Positions 62,061 through 64,000 of a stretch of 64,000 nt of DNA are shown one piece after another. The stretch's first letter is position 1; the number at the start of each line of letters is the position of its first letter. The position numbers and the translations under genes were made by a program. The stretch spans positions 704,001-768,000 of the forward strand of contig CBDCWC010000002.1 of the NCBI GenBank assembly GCA_965223295.1. The letters are read 5' to 3'. The DNA is from Nitrospirales bacterium. GTDB taxonomy: Bacteria > Nitrospirota > Nitrospiria > Nitrospirales > UBA8639. Below the pieces are notes generated by a model that searched no databases, had not been told where the DNA came from, and saw nothing but the letters and a program-made list of their open reading frames with translations.

Positions 62061-62656
62061 GAGAACCTCCTGGGATCATTCTGCCAGAACGCTCTACTTT
62101 TGGTCTGTTCGGATTTAGGGGAAGCTTACAGCATCTTTTCCCGTAAAGCTGGAACAAAACCCGAAATTTTGGCAATACCGTGATCAACCTGGACATCAAT
62201 ACCATGCCCCTGTACGACAGGATCAATTAATAGTTTTCCTTCAATAGCTATTCCAATATGTTTATCGTCGAAGGAATTTTTGCTGGAATGCGCGCTCAAA
62301 CAAAAAAGGGCTTCACATAAGATCACACAGGAGCAAATTAGGATGGCTTGCCATAATCTTTGCTTATTCAAAAGAGAACCCGCATTGCGAGTGCGAAAGT
62401 TACCAGCCATCAGTTACTCGACAGTCAATCCTCAATTTTCAATGATGCAAACAATTCAATATTCATATTTTCAATTTTGGAAGTTTCTTAAAAACACGTT
62501 TACACAGATTCCCGGGTAAATAAGAAAACTAGACGGAATAAATCTTTTCCTTTTGCAGAGGCAACGTTCCTTATATAGCGCAAGCACACGGATTAAACGA
62601 AGGATTCTATCTATTGGAATCAACGATGTATTCTGCAGACGATCAACCTGTTCGCT

Positions 62657-63523
62657 TTACTGATCAGCATGCTCAGTCACCGTTTTTAATGGTTCTTTAA
62701 ACGTTAATGTGCGATACGGGAATGGGATTTCAATATCAGCGTCATCTAACGCTTTCTTGACCGCCGCGACCACCTTGTCGCGCGACTCCCTTACTTCGAC
62801 CGGTTTCGATCCTGTCCACCAGGTCACTTCAAAGTCAATACTACTCGCCCCGAACCCTTGAGCAAATATTTGAACATCCTTTTCCATATCAACTGTATCA
62901 AGCCCTTGAACGGCGTCCATGATCACCGATCGAGCCTTATCAACATCTTCGCCATAGGCTACGCCACACATGATCGTCACACGACGTCGATCTAGGTCGG
63001 TTCGAACCGTTACTGGATTTTTAAAGAGCTGCGCGTTTGGAATAACCACCCTCTGTCCATCTACTTGACGAATGTGCGTATCCCGAATCGTGATCTCTTC
63101 GACAAAACCTTCAATTTCTTGGCACTCAATACAATCCTTGAGCTGGAAAGGTTCTCTGAATAGAATAAGCATTCCCGCGATGAAGTTTTCAAAAATATCC
63201 TTAAACGCAAACCCTATCGCGATTGACCCTAATCCAATCGCGGTCAGTACCTTGCCAGGCGTCAACGTGGGGAACATCACGATGGCCGAGGCCAAAATTC
63301 CAACAATCCAGATGATGATGTAGGTCAGCTGTTGAATTAGTTCCTGCAGAGAGGTTCGCAATCGAAAGCGAGGAAGTATTCGCTTGAGAATCAACTGAGC
63401 GACTCGGCCGACTCCCCACGTGAGAACGAGAAGAAGACATCCGAATACAATCTGAGGAAGATGCGCAAGAAAACCTTCACCCAAGTTGCGCAAGCTTTCC
63501 ATGATGACCCTGAGTGGTTCCAT
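62657..63523 (-). CDS. MscS-family small-conductance mechanosensitive channel
   Basis: GLGSIAIGFAFKDIFENFIAG, VVIPN, GVAYGED, IEIPFP. Confidence 0.92.
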   Translation of the reverse strand: MEPLRVIMESLRNLGEGFLAHLPQIVFGCLLLVLTWGVGRVAQLILKRILPRFRLRTSLQELIQQLTYIIIWIVGILASAIVMFPTLTPGKVLTAIGLGSIAIGFAFKDIFENFIAGMLILFREPFQLKDCIECQEIEGFVEEITIRDTHIRQVDGQRVVIPNAQLFKNPVTVRTDLDRRRVTIMCGVAYGEDVDKARSVIMDAVQGLDTVDMEKDVQIFAQGFGASSIDFEVTWWTGSKPVEVRESRDKVVAAVKKALDDADIEIPFPYRTLTFKEPLKTVTEHADQ

Positions 63524-63669
63524 GCGTTAGAGCTCCTTCTTGATCTTTTACCAACTGACACAAACAACACAATCTAGGCTACTCAATCAAAATCTGGAAA
63601 CAGCAATGACGGTTATACAAAAGCCAGCCATAAGATGAGTGTAAACATAAGGTAAAAAAGAGAGATTTG

Positions 63670-63999
63670 TTACCGTCCTAAAAACTCGCCAATAGGAGCA
63701 AGCGGCTCCAAATGGTCACAGATGATCTTAAACGAAGCCACAAGAGGAACGGCCAGTAAGGTCCCGGGGATCCCCCAAATCCATCCCCAGAGAAACACGC
63801 TGAGAAGCACGACCACAGGATTCAGAGTGAGCTGTTTCCCTAAGATCATAGGAGTCAACAAGGTCCCCTCAACGGCTGTCAGGGACCCATACGATACTCC
63901 AACAAGAAGGATCCATCCAAGATGTTCAAACGTCAGTGCAGCCGCCAAGGTGACGATGACAATTCCAAAAATACTGCCGGCATAGGGAATAAAGTTCAA
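63670..63999 (-). CDS. AI-2E family transporter, C-terminal part (cut by the window edge)
   Basis: NFIPYAG, EGTLLTPMILG, LNP, WGWIWGIPGTLLAVP. Confidence 0.88.
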   Translation of the reverse strand: MNFIPYAGSIFGIVIVTLAAALTFEHLGWILLVGVSYGSLTAVEGTLLTPMILGKQLTLNPVVVLLSVFLWGWIWGIPGTLLAVPLVASFKIICDHLEPLAPIGEFLGR

Positions 64000-64000
64000 G

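Larger units (their letters stand above)
60932..62130 (-). mobile_element. IS3-family insertion sequence, 1199 bp, with 4-bp target duplication GCAT
   Basis: Terminal inverted repeat TGTAAGCTTCCCC at both ends; GCAT at 60928-60931 and 62131-62134; AAAAAAAG slippery site at the end of orfA. Confidence 0.95.
59648..62410 (-). pseudogene. multi-BON-domain protein interrupted by an IS3 element
   Basis: 5' part 62131-62410 (signal region plus first BON start) joins 59648-60927 in frame as ...LREKMRAAKIAK... once the IS and one GCAT copy are removed. Confidence 0.88.

Overview
Bacterial chromosomal window; gene content and order suggest Nitrospirota (inference). Mostly core genes: transketolase, ppa, acs, riboflavin synthase, the gatC-panD-gatA-DUF948-ytxH-gatB-eno-ftsB-era-recO cluster, radC, rsmD-coaD-aminotransferase and skp. 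Accessory material comprises three type II toxin-antitoxin loci (one with a broken toxin), four IS elements or remnants (two IS3, IS630, IS256), a MITE-like element and an integrase remnant. About 12 kb between tRNA-Arg(TCT) and tRNA-Pro(TGG) carries a single-module lipo-NRPS (FAAL-ACP-C-A-PCP-TE) with an ABC exporter. The most unusual signals are: (1) a HelY/Ski2-like RNA helicase split into two genes in reversed order; (2) the NRPS, with a basic-amino-acid A-domain code and a Cys-type TE that lacks an obvious catalytic His; (3) a CLC protein lacking the gating Glu, proton Glu and central Tyr; (4) an XRE-S24 LexA/CI-like repressor, apparently leaderless, with a palindrome over its start and followed by a Y-family polymerase remnant. 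No CRISPR array or rRNA was seen. All family calls are by eye from motifs; no searches were run.
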